Assembly: GCA_951406725.2 (NCBI GenBank)
Contig: OX597820.1
Coordinates: forward strand, 109,678,001 to 109,742,000
DNA length: 64,000 bases
Reading direction: 5' to 3'
Origin: Octopus vulgaris
Lineage: Eukaryota
Of the stretch, positions 48,447 to 62,273 are shown piece by piece. Below the pieces are notes generated by a model, which worked only from the letters and a program-made list of their open reading frames with translations, did no database searches and was not told where the DNA came from. The translations under genes were made by a program, and so were the position numbers. How positions within the stretch are numbered: the first letter of the stretch is position 1; every line of letters begins with the position of its first letter.

Positions 48447-49080
48447 TTAACATATTGTCAATTCTCTGTTACCTACAATTGTTTCCATATCCAACTCATT
48501 CAAATTACAGATTAATAAATCAAAATTGCAATTGTTTCCAAGAAAATTGTTTATGACTGCTATGAATGACGACCATGCTGCTCTTTCCTTATCATTCATC
48601 TTTCCAACAAATTCCTCATCACATACAAGGGCACAGATTTGAGGTCTGTCAAACACTTGCTTTGATCTTCTCAAATGACAAAACAGGAAATGCAGAGACT
48701 ATATGTTGAAAACTTTCCCCATCAACATTCAGTGAATTGCTTTATCAAGCCCAGCTTTATATGAAGTGGTTGGAAAATAATCTTTTCTCAGCTGACAATT
48801 GGATCATTCACAATATTTGGCATGCTTTCATCCAGAGTCTCATGAATAGGCCTCTTCTGAATTCAGTGTTTCTCTTGAGCTCAGTTGTCCTACATGCAGA
48901 GATAGCAAGGATACTTTGTGAAACCTTTCTGTTAGCTGAGGAGGAAACTGACCATTTTCAAATCTATACAAATGGTCCAGTTGTGCTCATGATATTTTAG
49001 TCAACAACCATTCTTCTTGCAAATGCAGAGTGACCAACATGGACAGCTCCATAAATATTGCTATTGTGTAGAAGAATTGT
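48447..49080 (-). mobile_element. Chapaev3-like (CMC) transposase remnant, C-terminal part
   Basis: VFDRPQICALV.DEEF..KM..ERAAWSSF.AVINNFLGN. Confidence 0.6.
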
Positions 49081-51380
49081 TGTGGCGAAATCCTGACACC
49101 CCTGTGCAAGTCAACTGTCCTAAACTGTTTCTCTATTTTCTGCAATAATATAAACGGTTATTACACCATTTCACACAAGGTGTCAGAAGATTTAAAAAAG
49201 AAATTGAAAAAGATTTTTCCAGGTATTTTTTTGGAAGAATTATATAGATGTACCAAGACAAAAGTCAAATTTCAAGTAAAAAAAATGCCATATAAGTGTT
49301 TAAACTGAAGCAAGCTGTACCTTTTGTGGCATTAAATCAAGTCAGCGAGGAGTTAAATAGGGCTAGAAAAGCTGGGAGTTATAGAAAAAGTTGATTATTC
49401 AGAAGGGGCAGCACCAATTGTTTATGTAACAAAAAACAATAACAAAATACGAGTCTGTGTGGACTTTTCAACAGGTTTGAGGACATACAATCATCCACTA
49501 CCAAACCCAGATGAAATTTTTGCGAAACTCATTTGAGGAAAATTTTTCTCAAAACTGGACTTTATTAACAATAAACATTCATAAAGGTTTATATAAACTC
49601 AATTGACTTCCTTTTGGGATAAAGGTGATACCTAGAATTTTCCAATAGGTGATGGATATGATGCTTGTGGATACGGATTTCGCTATAGCATATTTGGATG
49701 ACATACTCATAAAAAGTGTGTCTAGAGGCCAGCATGAGGAACATGTTAACATGGTTTTTGAGAAGATAAAGGAGTATGGATTCAAACTTAACAAAGAAAA
49801 ATGCGAATTTTTCATGCCAGAATAAAGTATCTTGGGCAAGTTATCAATAAAAATGACCGTAGGCCAGATCCTTCAAGATCAACTGTAATAAAAAATATGC
49901 CCACTCCAAAAAATATTATAACATTACAAACGTTTTTAGGGCTTGCAAACTATTATCAAACATGCATACCAAATATGCATGAGCTAAGAGCACCTCTAAA
50001 CAACATGTTGAAAATCGATATAAAATGGTATTGGTCAGACTGGTGTCAAAAAGCGTTCAAAGAAATTTTAAAAGTTTTAACATTAGGACTGTCATTATCA
50101 CACTTTGATCCAAATTTTAAAATAATAGTAACATTTGATGCTAGTGAAAGTGGTATAAGAATGATAATTTCACATACGTATGAAAATGGTAATGTAAAAC
50201 CTATCGCTCAGGCTTCACATTCATTGTTGGCAGCTAAAAAAACTACAGCCAAATTGAGAATAATTCTTACCATTATTCTTGCCGTGGAAAAATTTCACAA
50301 ATTCATACATGGAAGGAAATTCAGTCTGCAAACAGATCACCGCCCATTGTTATCAATTTACGGATCGAAAAGGGTATCCCAGCATATACAGCCAACCAAT
50401 TGCAGCGCTGGGGGACAATCCTGCTAAATTATGATTTTAAGATGGAATTTCTACCATCAAAAAAATTAGGACATGTAGATGGGCTGTCAAGATTGATTCC
50501 TAAATACAATGAACCATTAGAGGATACAGTAATAGTGGCATTAAAAGCCGAAATCGAAATAAAAAGTATACTCAGCAACGTAGTACATGAACTATCTGTC
50601 ACTTTAGAAGAAATAAAAATTAAAGCAGAGAAGGATGCGTTCATAATAAAACTGAAAAAATAATGAAGTTTGAAACAAATACAAAAAAATCATGTAACCA
50701 AGCGTAACACAGTTTCAAAATGGCGTTTGATATGTGATGACGTATTTATGTATGCTCAGAGGGCTGCAATACCTGTTTCTTTGCAAAACCGTATGTTAAA
50801 AGAATTCTATATGGGACACCCAGGAATCGCAAGAATGAAAGCATTGATGAGAAGCTATGTTTACTGGCTGAATATGGATCAGGATATTGAAAAATTGATG
50901 AAAGCCTGCATGGGTTGTGCCCTGGCAGCAAAGGCCACCACCTGTAAAAATTCAGCCTTGGCCCAACACTGATGTACCTTGGTCAAGATTACACATAGAC
51001 TTTGCTGGACCGTTAAATGGAGGATATTATCTAATAGTTGTGGATAGTTACACAAAATGGCCAGAAATATGTAAATGTGGGAAGCCAACCTCCAAAAAAG
51101 TAATGATGGAATTTCTGGATGAACTTTTTGTGCAATATGGCATCCCAGACACTATTATGTCTGATAATGGAACACAGTTCACATCAAAGGAATTTAAAAA
51201 CTTTTGCAAGATGCATGCAATGGAGCATATTACTACTCTGCCATACCATTCGAGATTGAATGGATTAGCGGAACGTTTCGTAGACCACTGCAAAAATCTA
51301 GAAATAAACTATTAGCTGATACTGCATTGATGCAATTCTTAAGCATCTACTGAATAACACCTAACCCCAACACCACATAC
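49081..51380 (+). mobile_element. Mag-like Gypsy pol remnant (RT, RNase H, integrase) nested in the Chapaev3-like element
   Basis: AYLDD, FLGLANYY, FDASESG, QTDHRPL, HPGIARMKALMRSYVYW, LHIDFAGP, SDNGTQF. Confidence 0.88.
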
Positions 51381-51384
51381 TTAT

Positions 51385-51850
51385 TTTTTTTGCAGATGTC
51401 TTTTGTGTTGACCATACAAAAATAACAGTCACTTGCTCTCACCAAACCATAGGAACTTTGTCCAGCCATGTGGAGCATTTCCTCACAGTTATGACATGCA
51501 ACATGAGGGGGTCCCATTTTTTGTCTTGGGTGCCTAAGGGAATTCCAAAATATGTTTTATAAGCCTGTCTCACAAACAATGTTACATAAAGCTTTTGACA
51601 AATGTGTGTGAAGCAGCCACCCACATACCCATCAGGATTATTCACACATCTATGTCTACTTGAAGAAGCCAAAGTCAGATCTGTAAAAACACAATTGTCA
51701 ATTCTTTGTAAGTAGGATATATGTATTTCAATATGTCAAATTTAACTATAAATATATAAAAAGTTAATCTTCAAATTGCAAGAATACTAGAGCATGGAGA
51801 GTAAAACCGATTAGAAATTTGAAATTAGCACCAAAAAAATCTCACATGAC
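51385..51850 (-). mobile_element. Chapaev3-like transposase remnant, N-terminal part
   Basis: RCVNNPD..., AYKTYFGIPLGTQDKKWDP. Confidence 0.6.
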
Positions 51851-52245
51851 AGAAAAAAAAAAAAAATTGTAGTTCAGTGATTTTAAAGGGTATTCTCACT
51901 CCACCAGGCTGTTGGATAGTTGTTAACTTAATTGAATTCATTCCTGTTTTGATAGGTTTTATTTTAGCCCTGCTTGGTGTCCAACAAAAACCACCCTCCT
52001 TATCAAATGGGCTTTGTAAGATTGTTGGCTTAGTTACCCATAACTTGATCATGCAACAGGCTGTACTTAGTTACATATGTTACCAATAGCACTAAAATAG
52101 GCCTCACACACACACACACACATGCGTGTGCACGCATGCACATGGTGACTTTGTAGATAAGAAATGCAGTTAAACAAAGTCTGTCAACAAATTCACCATC
52201 CTTGCAACATTAATGCCATTCTCTGAATAATATAATTATAGGTTT

Positions 52246-52480
52246 AAGGTGGCGAGCTGGCAGAAACGTTAGCATGCTGGGTGAAATGCTTAGCGGTATT
52301 TTGGCTGCCATTACATTCTGAGTTCACATTTTCCACTGAGGTTGACTTTGCTTTTCATCCTTTCGGGGTTGATTAAATAAGTACCAGTTACACACTGGGG
52401 TCGATGTAATCGACTTAATTTCTTTGACTGTCCTTGTTTGTCCCCTCTATGTTTAGCCCCCTATGGGCAATAAAGAAATA
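52246..52480 (+). mobile_element. SINE with MetaSINE-like central domain
   Basis: GAGGTTGACTTTGCTTTTCATCCTTTCGGGGTTGATTAAATAAGTACCAG core; ends GGGCAATAAAGAAATA; second copy at 56453-56686. Confidence 0.8.
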
Positions 52481-52639
52481 AGTATAATTATAGATTTTAA
52501 AATATATATATAGTCTAGTCTAATGCAAAATCTTATTCTATGGTTAGACTATATACATGTTTTAAAACCTATAATTATATATAATTATGAATGATTTTTT
52601 TTTTTGTTTAATGTGTCTATTTCTTCTCCTCTAACTCAG

Positions 52640-52660
52640 GACGAAGTCCCTTGCAGACAG
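52640..52660 (+). other. Candidate 21-nt host-gene micro-exon
   Basis: Long T-rich tract, ...CTCCTCTAACTCAG acceptor, exon GACGAAGTCCCTTGCAGACAG, GTAAGT donor; length divisible by 3, no stop in any frame. Confidence 0.6.
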
Positions 52661-53109
52661 GTAAGTCCTGTTTTTTGCTTCTTCTTGAAATATGACAATT
52701 ATTATTAAAATTGAATCTAAAAAAAAGGGCGATATTTTTATTGAGTTTCCATAGGGCTAAAGTTACACATTTTGAAGGAAGAAACAGCCCATTACGTTCA
52801 TTTTTTGTACTTGATAGGCATTTATTTTATTGGCCCTTAAGATGAAAAGGAAAGCTGACTTCAGACTCAGAACCTAAAGAGAATTAACTAAATACTGGAA
52901 TGCATTTGTATGACTCTCTTCTGATTCTGCTAGCTTCTGATTCTGTTGATTCACTGAAGATTAGAGATAATTGGGTCTTATTCTTTATAATAATATTCAT
53001 TTTTTCCTTTTAAACTATTCATTATCTACATTTTCCATTAACTGTATTTTGATCCTTTAGGCCTTCTATTAAGTCCAGGTTGCCTGTTTCTGTTGGAATA
53101 TGAAGGCAT

Positions 53110-53520
53110 TCATCATCATAGTTTAATGTCCGTCTTCTATGCTAGCATGAGTGGGATGGTACCACAAGAGCCAGCCAAGCCAAAGCCTGCACCAGACTTC
53201 TGTGTCTGTTTTGGCAGGATTTTTACACCAACCACTCAGCAGAGTGGACTTCATGCATTTTACATGGCACAAGCACAGGCCAGGTGAGTAGTGCTTTTTA
53301 TGTGGCACAAGCACAGGTGTGGTCCGTTTTGGCAAGGTTTTTACAGCTGGATGCCCTTCCAAACACCAACCACTCAGCAGAGTGACTTCATGCATTTTAC
53401 ATTGCACAAGCACTGGCGCGGTCAGTTTTGGCAAGGATTTTACAGCTGCATACCCTTCCAAACACCAACCACTCTACAGTGTGGACTGGGTGCTTTTAAG
53501 TGGCACCTGCACTGACAGGA
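53110..53520 (-). mobile_element. RTE-like LINE 3' UTR with internal repeats
   Basis: CATCATCAT tail and repeated CAGCTGGATGCCCTTCCAAACACCAACCAC blocks; same family as tails at 24783-24925 and 45170-45300. Confidence 0.6.
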
Positions 53521-55003
53521 TCACCAAGTACTTGCAAAACATTAAAAAATTAAAAAAACTTTTTAATCTTCTAAGAGGAGAGAAGGCATTGGAGGAGGTG
53601 ATGATGAAAAGGTTATAGTGAGACACACAGGTGTTTTGCTGTAGAGGAAGTACAAGGTTACCCGGCCAGAGAGAGAGAGTGAGAAAGATCTAGATTGAAG
53701 ACAGAAACAGGTGTTCTACCACAAAGAAAATACACGGTTGCCCAACTGGAGGGAAGTGCAGGAGAAGGAGAGAGAGTGGGAAACAGCAGGATAGAGATGA
53801 TGGCAAAATGCTGGGCATACTCACAAGGAACGGTGATCAGAATATAAATGAGATGGTTGAGTAAAGAAGAGAGAGATATAGATGGTGGCAAGTGCAGGGC
53901 ATACCCTTGAGGTTCAAATGCCATAAGTGGTAGGATATTGCAAAAGGAGTGTGATTAAAGAGTGTGAGTAAGTGGCATAAGGCCTGGGTTGGAAGGGCTA
54001 CTGGATAGCAATGATACAGAGGAACAGGGGTATGAGGACAGGATTGGGGAGTGAGAGCTAGGCATAGTATATGAAATAGGAAATGTGAGAAAGAGAAGAG
54101 ATGTAGATTGGTTTGTTGGGACAGGAAAAGCTTTCTTGTTACATGTGGATAGAACACCCAGGTCAGGGGCTAGTAGATAGCAATAATAGAGTGAGTGAGA
54201 CAGGGCATGTGGATAGGAAACGCAGGTTGGGGGCAAGTGGAATGCAATGATACAGTGGCACAGGGCCAAGAAGACAGGATTGGTGAGTGGGAGATAATCA
54301 TAGTACATGAAGTAGAAATGTGAGGAAGAGATGTAGAGATGTAGTTTGGTTTGTTGCGGTAGAGTGTGTGAGAAATTTTTTGTTAAGTGTTGGTGTGGAA
54401 TTTCAAGTATCAAGCTTCATAAACATGAAGCCTTATATAACTAGATACATTACGCTTCATGTAATGTATCTAGGACAACTTAGTCTCATGGATCTCAAAC
54501 TTTTCAAGATCATTTTAACATTTGAATTGGGCAAATTTAAAGAAATATTTAACTAAGGTGCATCTAGCTGCTTAGAGAACAAATCCTTTCCTCCAAGTGG
54601 TACAGCACTGTTCAGTGTCTGTGTTTCTGTGTGTCTCCTCTTCCTTTACAGCAATGAATTATACCTATCTATAACACCTGTTTTCAATTAAACTGATCAA
54701 TAAAAATTAAGAGTATTGACCTAAGAGATAGCTCAATGAGCTCCTTAAACGTGTATGCATGTGTATATGTGTGTGTTACTGATAATACAACTAATTCTTG
54801 TCTGAAAATTACATGGATCCTTTGCATTTTTCACAACATGAAAGTGAAAGCAAAGCTAAAAAGTAAAAGCTAAAGGGTAAAGAAAATAGGTACCCCATTC
54901 AAATTTTGGAGAGGATCATGGCCTCATGAATAACTTTTATATCTGGAAATCAATAAAGCAGTTTACAAAAGTTGATCAGTAAGACAATATATTTGTGTGT
55001 GTG

Positions 55004-55046
<43 letters not shown>

Positions 55047-55047
55047 C

Positions 55048-55069
<22 letters not shown>

Positions 55070-55079
<10 letters not shown>

Positions 55080-55306
55080 ACCGACCAGACCATCAGATGT
55101 AGTTACACATCGCTGGTCACAATGCGTTCGCATTGTTTTAGCCTTCAAATGACACCACCCCACTGGCTAGGCGAGCAGGCCAACAGAAGAAAGAGTGAGA
55201 GAAGAGTGGTGAAAGAGTACAGCAGGGATCACCACCCCCTGCCGGAGCCTCATGGAGCTTTTTAGGTGTTTTCGCTCAATAAACACACACAACGCCCGGT
55301 CTGAGA

Positions 55307-55310
<4 letters not shown>
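55070..55310 (-). mobile_element. Truncated SINE related to 25705-26003
   Basis: Shared GGAGCTT..AGGTGTTTTCGCTCA..AAACACACA..CCGGTCTGAGAATCG segment. Confidence 0.6.
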
Positions 55311-55350
<40 letters not shown>

Positions 55351-55356
<6 letters not shown>

Positions 55357-56816
55357 ACCCAAAAGTTCTGTTACAAAGGTTAAACAATGTATTTCAGCCA
55401 GATCTGAACCAATTTACTTGAAAACTTGCACACTAGTTTTTAACATTTTCAGCAATGTTACAGCAAAAAATTGTTCAATAAATCTACCTTGTTTCTTTAT
55501 TAAAACCTTAAGCTTACCAGGCACTGCTTTACCAGCAGCTTGTAAGACTTCTAGTGGTATTTTATCCCATTCACACCACAGAGGCCTCTTCAAAGCCACT
55601 ACTGAATGATGAGATTTAACATAAGCATTAGTCTTCAAGATGGACCAAATGTGTTGAGGACTGGGCTTGAGGGAGGCCATTTTTCCTTGGACAAGAAATC
55701 TGGGACATTGTTGCTAAGCCATCTCTGAGTCCTGTTGGTAGTGTAGGCAGGTGCTCCATCCTGCTGGAAGAGAAAAGAGCCACAGCTGAACAATGTTTTG
55801 TTCAAGTGTTTCACCACAGCCTTAATTTTGAGTCCTTCAGGAACAAAAACAAGAAGATTTTTTTCCTGTTGAAGACACTCCAGCAAAAAGCATCACAGTG
55901 CGGTGGATATTTCTGGCATCCTCTGGATATGACTGAGAATTTTCCACAAGAACCCTGTCATTTTGGCTGTTGTGAGCTTCTTCAACAGTGAACAACTTCT
56001 TGCCTGCGAAGAGCACATTGTCCACACTGCGAATATCAAGCTGCTCAAGTAGTGCACAACTTCTTGCAAGTCTCTTTCATTTTGAAGCAGTTGTTAGGCT
56101 GTGAACTTTTCAGTGTTTCAATGAAGCAAATCCCAAGTTGCTTTTGAGAACTCACCTCAAAGATTCTCTTGAAGCTCTCAGCAGCCATCTTCCTCATGGA
56201 GCACCTTAGATTTCTGTGAACTCTGGAACTGATGATTTTCTGGAGCCTGGAAGTCCTGACTAACCTGGGATATCTTGTCCTTGCTCAATCTCGAACTCCT
56301 CTAGTGTACTTTGAATCGATTGGTGATTCAATAGACGAACATTGGCTTCATTTTTTGCCAATTGAGAAGATTCAAGATTTCTGATGGCAGCTTGCCAGCT
56401 TGATGTAGTTCAACTACAGCAGATCATTCATGTTCTATCACAATTTTAGCTTAAAGGTGGTGAGCTGGCAGAAACGTTAGCACGTGGGGCAAAATGCTTA
56501 GCAGTATTTCATCTGCCATTACGTTCTGAGATCACATTCCGCCGAGGTCGACTTTGCCTTTCATCCTTTCGAGGTTGATAAATTAAGTACCACTTATGCA
56601 CTGGGGTCGATGTAATCGACTTAATCCCTTTGTCTGTCCTTGTTTGTCCCCTCTATGTTTAGCCTCTTGTGGGCAATAAAGAAATAAGATGTGCTCAGAA
56701 TCTGAAAGAAGACAAAAAAAAATCTTTAAAACGATATGAAATAATGATAAAATTGTCACTTTTTTATGTTAAACTAAAAACTTGAAAAAAATGTAGCAGA
56801 ACTCATGGGTAACCTT
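55351..56816 (-). mobile_element. maT/DD37D-like Tc1-mariner element, degenerate, with imperfect TIRs; SINE inserted
   Basis: TIR AGGGTAACCCAAAAGTTCTGTTACA vs TGTAGCAGAACTCATGGGTAACCTT; KLFTVEEAHNSQNDRV, FQQDGAPAY, WPPSSP. Confidence 0.8.
56453..56686 (+). mobile_element. SINE with MetaSINE-like domain, copy 2
   Basis: Similar along its whole length to 52246-52480. Confidence 0.8.
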
Positions 56817-56869
56817 TGGGTATATATATGATAATTTTGGGTACATATATATATATATATATATATATG

Positions 56870-58256
56870 ATGAATATGGTACTTAAGTTAAAGGCACCAG
56901 AATTTAGTATGGTATTATCCATATAATTCAAAATAAGCAACAACGAACGATCATTTCATGTGATTCCATTTAATTGAAGAATGCAAACATTGCATCAATT
57001 TAAAATGTAAAACCATCTTCAGCTGCATAAAAATACAGAATCTAGTTAAATTCGAAGGACTCATTTGTATAAATTTCTTTTTTACACCAAATCACAAAGA
57101 GGATGAGTAGATAGACAAAGAACATATTTTATCAACAACATCACAGTTGTAACTGAGGTTTTTTCAAAAAAGACACTGCTTATCACTGATAATTTCTGTT
57201 ATTTAGATTTACCAGTGGGGGAGGGGGTTAATTTATAGACTAGTTTATCAAAGCTAAGAGACAGTAGAGTGTATCCTTTATGGATAGGGCAAAATAGATG
57301 GACAATTTAAGTGGCAGAGTCATAAATGAAGATTTCTTTGAAGTAAAACCATTTGGTTCAGTAAGAATATACTTCAGACAAGATTATAGCAGCTAAATTT
57401 GCAGGCAAATGATTATGGGACAGGGAGAGTGAAATCATATAGTATCAAATATTTATCTACTATAAAACAATGTTATTTGTATATACACAGATACATTTTA
57501 GAGTTATTCTAAAGAGCAATAAGAAGAATATTTCTGAATACTTTCAAAGAATACTAAATTATCATCAAACAATAAGATTTTTAATTCCCATTCATACCAC
57601 TATAATGTTGCCTTGTCTAGAGCAGAATATGACCAATAAATTACTTTCCTGAGAGTTTAACACTTTCAAATAAAGAAATAAATAAGAATAGCTTAAATAA
57701 TATAAAGTCTTCAAATTTACAAAACTATGAAACAACTCAAACTGATAACCTATTCTATAAACCTAACATTAATTGTAGAGTACACTCCGAAAGTAGTAGG
57801 TGAGACACAAATAGGTATTAAAAACTCAAGTTAAATAAAATAACTGTGAACGAAAAAATAATAGTTACTCCTCCAGATAAAAAAAACCCAATAGATATAA
57901 ATATATATAAGACTAGCAATAATAACCAAATTCTGAGGAGTACAGATAGTACAAATTTATCCCACCCTTACTTAAATAAGAAATTCAAAAGTAAAAATAT
58001 TATATGGTTCAATGTCCCTTTCAACTGGTCAATATCTACTAATATATATAGTAAATTTATATCCATACTGGAAAAAAACTTCTCTACTTCCCATAGATAT
58101 AATGAAATATTTTCGCGTAAAACAGTCAGAATATCATACTCCATTCTCCCCAATATAAGTACCATCATAGCTAGATTAAATAGAAAGAATATTGGACCAG
58201 CTAGAAATGTTAAAAGTAGCAATAATAATAATAATAATAATAATATTAATATAAAC

Positions 58257-58297
<41 letters not shown>
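56870..58297 (+). mobile_element. Penelope-like element remnant, 5' part (post-RT linker followed by poly-Asn)
   Basis: NIIWFNVPFN..ISTNI..KF..IL.KNF..HRY..IFSRKTVRISYS..PNI matches the PLE RT-to-GIY-YIG linker consensus. Confidence 0.75.
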
Positions 58298-58299
<2 letters not shown>

Positions 58300-60682
58300 T
58301 GCGCACACGGTAAGCTAGTTCAGCTGCTCAATGGAATTATGAGAGACCCAAAGAAAACACCTGAATGGTTAGCAAGTGGCATTACTTACCTACTCCCAAA
58401 GAATAACGAAACCAACCTTCCAAAAAACTATCGGCCTATAACCTGTCTATCCACCACGTATAAAATCCTAACATCTATCCTGGCGGAGAAAACATATGCA
58501 TTCATGGAGAAGAATGATATTTTCCCCATTGAACAAAAAGGGTGCTGCCGAGGCTCTTACGGATGCAAAGATCAACTGCTAATCAATCGTATGATCCTTG
58601 AGAACTGTCACAACAAGCGCAGAAATCTCAGCACCGCATGGATTGACTATAAAAAGGCCTTCGACAGTATACCGCATCCATGGATTTTGAGATCGCTGGA
58701 CATCTTCAAAATTTCCACTGTGATTTCAAACTTCCTGAAGCACAATATGTCGTTGTGGAATACGAATCTCCAATTATACCACTCTAATGGAGTACTTGCC
58801 TCAGAAAATATAAACATCAACTGTGGAATTTTTCAAGGTGACTCACTTTCACCTTTAATATTCTGCATAGCCCTAATACCCCTTACAAGTGAATTAAACA
58901 GAACAGGGTATGGGTATAAAATTGCCAATAAAAAAATAAGCCATCTATTTTATATGGATGACTTAAAACTTTATGGTAAAGACAATAATGAACTTGAAGG
59001 CCTATTGCGCACCGTGAAAGCATTCAGCGATGACATCGGGATGGAGTTTGGACTTGAGAAGTGTGCCAAGGCCACTTTCCAGAAAGGGAAAGTGAAGACC
59101 TCAAATTCAGTCGTGTTAGATGTTGACACAGTCATCAGAGAGCTTGAGCAAGAACAAACATACAAATATTTAGGGATAAATGAAGGCTCTGGTATTCAGC
59201 ATGCAAGCATGAAAGAGAAGATCAGGAAGGAATGTTATAGGAGAGTTCGTGCAGTCCTGAAATCTGAACTAAATGCATGTAACAAGGTGTTAGCTATAAA
59301 TTCCTTAGCAGTTCCAGTTGTTACTTATAGCTACAATGTGTTGAACTGGAATATGAGTGAAGTAAAGAATATAGATAGGAAAATACGCAAGCTGCTGAGT
59401 TGTAATAGGATGCACCACCCAAAGGCAGACGTAGATCGCCTTTACCTTCCCAGAGCCCAAGGAGGTCGAGGCCTGATCCAATTTGAACTAGCTTACAAAA
59501 CAACCACAATTGGACTGGCCAAATATCTCGAAATATCGAATGACTGGATGCTAAAGCTCGTGGAAAATCACGAGAGACGAAAGAAGCTTCATTCTATTAT
59601 AAAGGAAAGCAAAAAATTTGCTATTGATCTCGTGCAGGATACCCAAACTGAACAACCCGAGGGAAGTACGGCAACTATTGTTGCAAAGAAGGTGAAAATG
59701 ATGGCAACGAAAAAAGCGCACGAGCAATTGGCTGATAGGTGGGAGGAGAAACCTCTGCACGGCAAATATGTGACCCGCAGCAAACAAGCTGATGTTGACC
59801 AGAAGCAAACCCATCAGTGGCTACGGAGCTCAGGGCTAAAAGCAGAGAGCGAAGGTTTCATCCTGGCTGCTCAAGATCAAAGCCTATTAACCCGGAACTA
59901 CCAGGCCAATGTGATGAAAAATGGAGCAGACCCAAAATGCCGATTCTGCAACGACATGATTGAAACAGTGGACCACCTAATCTCTAGATGTAAAGTCTTA
60001 GCACCAGTGGAGTATAAATTAAGACATGACAGAGTTGGCCAATATCTACACTGGCTAATAAGTCGGCATTACAATATCAAAACTGCCGACAAGTGGTATA
60101 ATCACCACCCTGAGGCTGTAACTGAAGGAGAAAATGTAACCATTCTGTGGGACTTTCCAGTACATACAGACCGAACCATCAAGGCCAATAAACCAGATAT
60201 TGTTGTGAAAGACCAAAACAATAAAGTTTGCTTATTGATCGACATGAGCATCCCCTGTGATCATAATATCTCAGCGAAAGAGTTTGACAAGCTCAGAAAA
60301 TATAAAGACCTACTCATTGAAATTGAGAAAATGTGGCATCTCAAGGCAGTTACAATACCAGTGATCGTAGGAGCACTAGGAATGATCAAGAAGGGAACCG
60401 AAAATTATATGAGAATGATCCCTGGCTTACCATCCCTGCAAGAAGTGCAAAAGATTGTCTTAACTGGTACATCACACGTATTGAGAAGAGCATTGTCGAT
60501 GTGAGAACTGTTGCTGCTCATGTATTTTAATTTAACTTAACAAAAAAAAAAAAAAATGAACGAACTATTGAGTTTGGTTTAATGGCCTACCAATGTATAC
60601 TATGAGTTTCTTTGCCCTAGGAGTCGGGAAGACACTCGGCAAGAAATGGAAGCAAATTTGAAAGAAGAAAAAAAAAGTAAAA
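58298..60682 (+). mobile_element. 5'-truncated, young R4/Dong-type RLE LINE inserted in (TAA)n
   Basis: Uninterrupted ORF, short 3' UTR, (TAA)n on both sides. Confidence 0.9.
58339..60504 (+). CDS. RT, CCHC finger and restriction-like endonuclease (721 aa, N-truncated)
   Basis: NYRPITCL, DYKKAFDS, FQGDSLSP, FYMDD, YKYLG, CRFC..ETVDHLISRC, RHD, KPDIV..LLIDM..K..KY. Confidence 0.92.
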   Translation: MRDPKKTPEWLASGITYLLPKNNETNLPKNYRPITCLSTTYKILTSILAEKTYAFMEKNDIFPIEQKGCCRGSYGCKDQLLINRMILENCHNKRRNLSTAWIDYKKAFDSIPHPWILRSLDIFKISTVISNFLKHNMSLWNTNLQLYHSNGVLASENININCGIFQGDSLSPLIFCIALIPLTSELNRTGYGYKIANKKISHLFYMDDLKLYGKDNNELEGLLRTVKAFSDDIGMEFGLEKCAKATFQKGKVKTSNSVVLDVDTVIRELEQEQTYKYLGINEGSGIQHASMKEKIRKECYRRVRAVLKSELNACNKVLAINSLAVPVVTYSYNVLNWNMSEVKNIDRKIRKLLSCNRMHHPKADVDRLYLPRAQGGRGLIQFELAYKTTTIGLAKYLEISNDWMLKLVENHERRKKLHSIIKESKKFAIDLVQDTQTEQPEGSTATIVAKKVKMMATKKAHEQLADRWEEKPLHGKYVTRSKQADVDQKQTHQWLRSSGLKAESEGFILAAQDQSLLTRNYQANVMKNGADPKCRFCNDMIETVDHLISRCKVLAPVEYKLRHDRVGQYLHWLISRHYNIKTADKWYNHHPEAVTEGENVTILWDFPVHTDRTIKANKPDIVVKDQNNKVCLLIDMSIPCDHNISAKEFDKLRKYKDLLIEIEKMWHLKAVTIPVIVGALGMIKKGTENYMRMIPGLPSLQEVQKIVLTGTSHVLRRALSM

Positions 60683-60705
60683 ATAATAATAATAATAATA
60701 ATAAT

Positions 60706-62273
60706 GAAAGGAAAAATGACAGAAACATCTAACATTTGTCTTGACCAGCAGAATGTCATAAAAGAGTTAGACCCAGCGGAGAGCTACAAATACCTAGGGG
60801 TAATTGAAGGCATTCAGTGATGAAGGAAAGGATCAGGAGAGAATGTTATCGCAGAGTGAGAGCAATATTCAAGACAGAGCTGAATGCGAGAAACAGGATC
60901 GAAGTGATCAATGCTTTAGCCATACCAGTCGTGACTTACAGTTTCAATATCGTTAACTGGTCAATTACTGGAATATATAATCTTGACAGAAAACTGTTGA
61001 CAATGCATAGAATGCACCACCCTAAGGCAGATACAGAACGACTTTATCTGCCAAGAAAAGAGGGAGGCCGTGGACTATAACAACTGGCAATAACAATGAA
61101 GATTGCTACAATTGGCCTGAAAAACTCTGAGGACTGGAAGTTAAAACTTGTCTCAAAACATGAAAACAAGAAAGCATCATACTCAGTAACAAAACAGGCA
61201 AAGGAATATCTAAGTGAATTCCGAATGCAACAAATTTCGGGATTAGACATACAAGAAACAAGCACAGAAAAAGCTAAGCGCATGAAAACCCATGCTAAAA
61301 CTGCTGCCTTAGATATTCTGAATGATAAATGGCAAGAAAAACCTCTCAATGGCAAAGAGAGTGAATAATGCAGATATTAACAAAGCCCTGACCCATCAAT
61401 GGCTAAAGGCCTCTGGCTTAAAATCTGAAACAGAAGGGTTTATGATAGTAGCTCAAGATCAATGCCTACCTACAAAGAACTACCAGGCCAACATATTAAA
61501 GAATGGCAGTAGCCCAACATGTCGTGTATGTCAACAACAAAATGAAACCATTGATCATGTTGTCTCCAAGTGCTATCTTCTTGCGCCCACAGAGTATCTC
61601 AACAGGCATGATAGAGCTGCACAATATATTCACTAGGTAATTTGCAAAAGCCTGGACTTGCTCCATGATAAAAACTGGTGGGAACACAAACCATCTCCAG
61701 TGCTTGAAAATGACCACATCTCACTCCTCTGAAACTTCACCATTCAAACTGACAGAAAGATAGATGCGGATAGGCCAGACATCATAGTAAAAGACTTCAG
61801 ACAAAAAACATGCCTCCTCATTGATATGACTGTCTCAATCGATATAAACATATCTATGAAGACCTACCAGAAACTGAGCAAATATAAAGATCTGGAAATC
61901 AGCAAAATGTGGAACCTGAAGGCTAAAACAATACCTGTTGTCATAGATGCCCTGAGAATGATAGCAAAAAAGGGGCTGATTGCTACCTAACTCAGATACC
62001 AGGAAACCCCAAAATGGCTGAAATTCAAAAGATAGTGCTCATGGGAACTGCTCATATCCTACGCAAAATACTTTCTATGTAATCTCAATTTTTAAAACAA
62101 ACATAATTTTCGTATGTTTTTTTAGGCATTTACTAGTACAACACTAAGTACAAAACCAAATATATAGCACCCTAGGTATAACACTAACACAAACTTCCAA
62201 CTTGTTCTCTCTTGAGGTCTCTGGGTGAGACTTGGAGCCAGCTTGTGCAAATGTAAAGCAAAAGTCAAACATA

